Source of the DNA: Harriotta raleighana
Lineage: Eukaryota
Reading direction: 5' to 3'
Length of the DNA stretch: 64,000 nt
NCBI GenBank assembly: GCA_050575255.1
Contig: JBNZDD010013699.1
Location: forward strand, 5,470,617 to 5,534,616
In this document: positions 63,400 through 64,000 of the stretch, piece by piece
Layout: each line of letters opens with the position of its first letter
How positions within the stretch are numbered: the first letter of the stretch is position 1
Notes under the pieces: model-generated
Database searches by the model: none
What the model saw: only the letters and a program-made list of their open reading frames with translations
What the model was told of the DNA's origin: nothing
Translations under genes and position numbers: made by a program

Positions 63400-64000
63400 G
63401 CTGACGGATGAGCTTTGCAGAATGGAAGAGGACGTGGCATGGATTCAAAACGATATCATTATCTGGTCAAAAGAATGTTTGCTGTTCAATCGTGGACAGA
63501 GAGCTGACACGCGAGTTTATTTAATGACAGTTTGGGGTTGGGAGGGGGGGGGGGGGGGTGGTGGGGGGTAGAAGCAATCTTGCTAAAGGTCGTTGTTATT
63601 TGGTTTCCTTTGGTGAGGTTAGCAGCAGAGTATAAAGCCTGAGAGTTGTTTTTAAACGCATTTGCACACTCAAAACACTAGCGCGGCGCCTGCTGGCCTC
63701 TGTGACTGTTAACTTGCGGCTGACAGTCTTTTCACAACCTGGCTTTAACCTGAGTCACACTCAGCGCTTAGTTAAGGTTTTTAACCAGGTCCAGTTAAGG
63801 TTAAGCAATCGACCAGTGTCCCACCGAGGGAAACGACACCTTCTCGACCACCAAACCACGCAGTAATATCATATTAACCCTTTCAGATTGAGACAAAATC
63901 CCCCCTCCACTCCCCATTCCCCATTCCCACCTCCTGCAACTCAAACTTACTATCCCTCCTGCATCTCATAGCCTTCACCCAAATAGCGAATTGCCTCGCT

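Larger units (their letters stand above)
60200..64000. promoter_or_regulatory. CpG-rich, transposon-free promoter/regulatory region with G-tracts and (GA)/(CT)/(TG) microsatellites
   Basis: Frequent CpG, no LINE/SINE recognised, several splice signals and a TATA box. Confidence 0.75.

Noticed and set aside
1-64000. CRISPR arrays, operons or prokaryotic defence systems
   Set aside because: The sequence is vertebrate; recurring motifs are dispersed retroelement tails, not regularly spaced repeats.

Overview
Vertebrate genomic DNA: AT-rich, CpG-depleted and dense in retroelements. The repeat mix (L2 and CR1 LINE fragments, a tRNA-headed SINE with an L2-type tail, older Deu-domain SINEs) points to a cartilaginous fish, possibly a chimaera such as Callorhinchus; this is inference. 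No complete protein-coding gene is recognisable. The longer ORFs are L2/CR1 reverse-transcriptase remnants or repeat artefacts. The window lies between two CpG-rich, repeat-poor promoter-like regions. The left one (1-1.9 kb) starts with a perfect + strand splice donor at 20. The right one (about 60.2-64 kb) holds a candidate 54-nt exon, a TATA box with a non-coding first exon (about 63142-63247), and well-formed minus-strand splice signals suggesting a divergent antisense RNA. The most notable non-repeat signals are a divergent cluster of strong CTCF motifs at 25.9-30.8 kb (possible domain boundary) enclosing a direct-repeat-flanked cassette, and two CTCF sites 25 kb apart that share extended flanks. 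I could not identify the host gene(s). I found no convincing novel protein-coding system.
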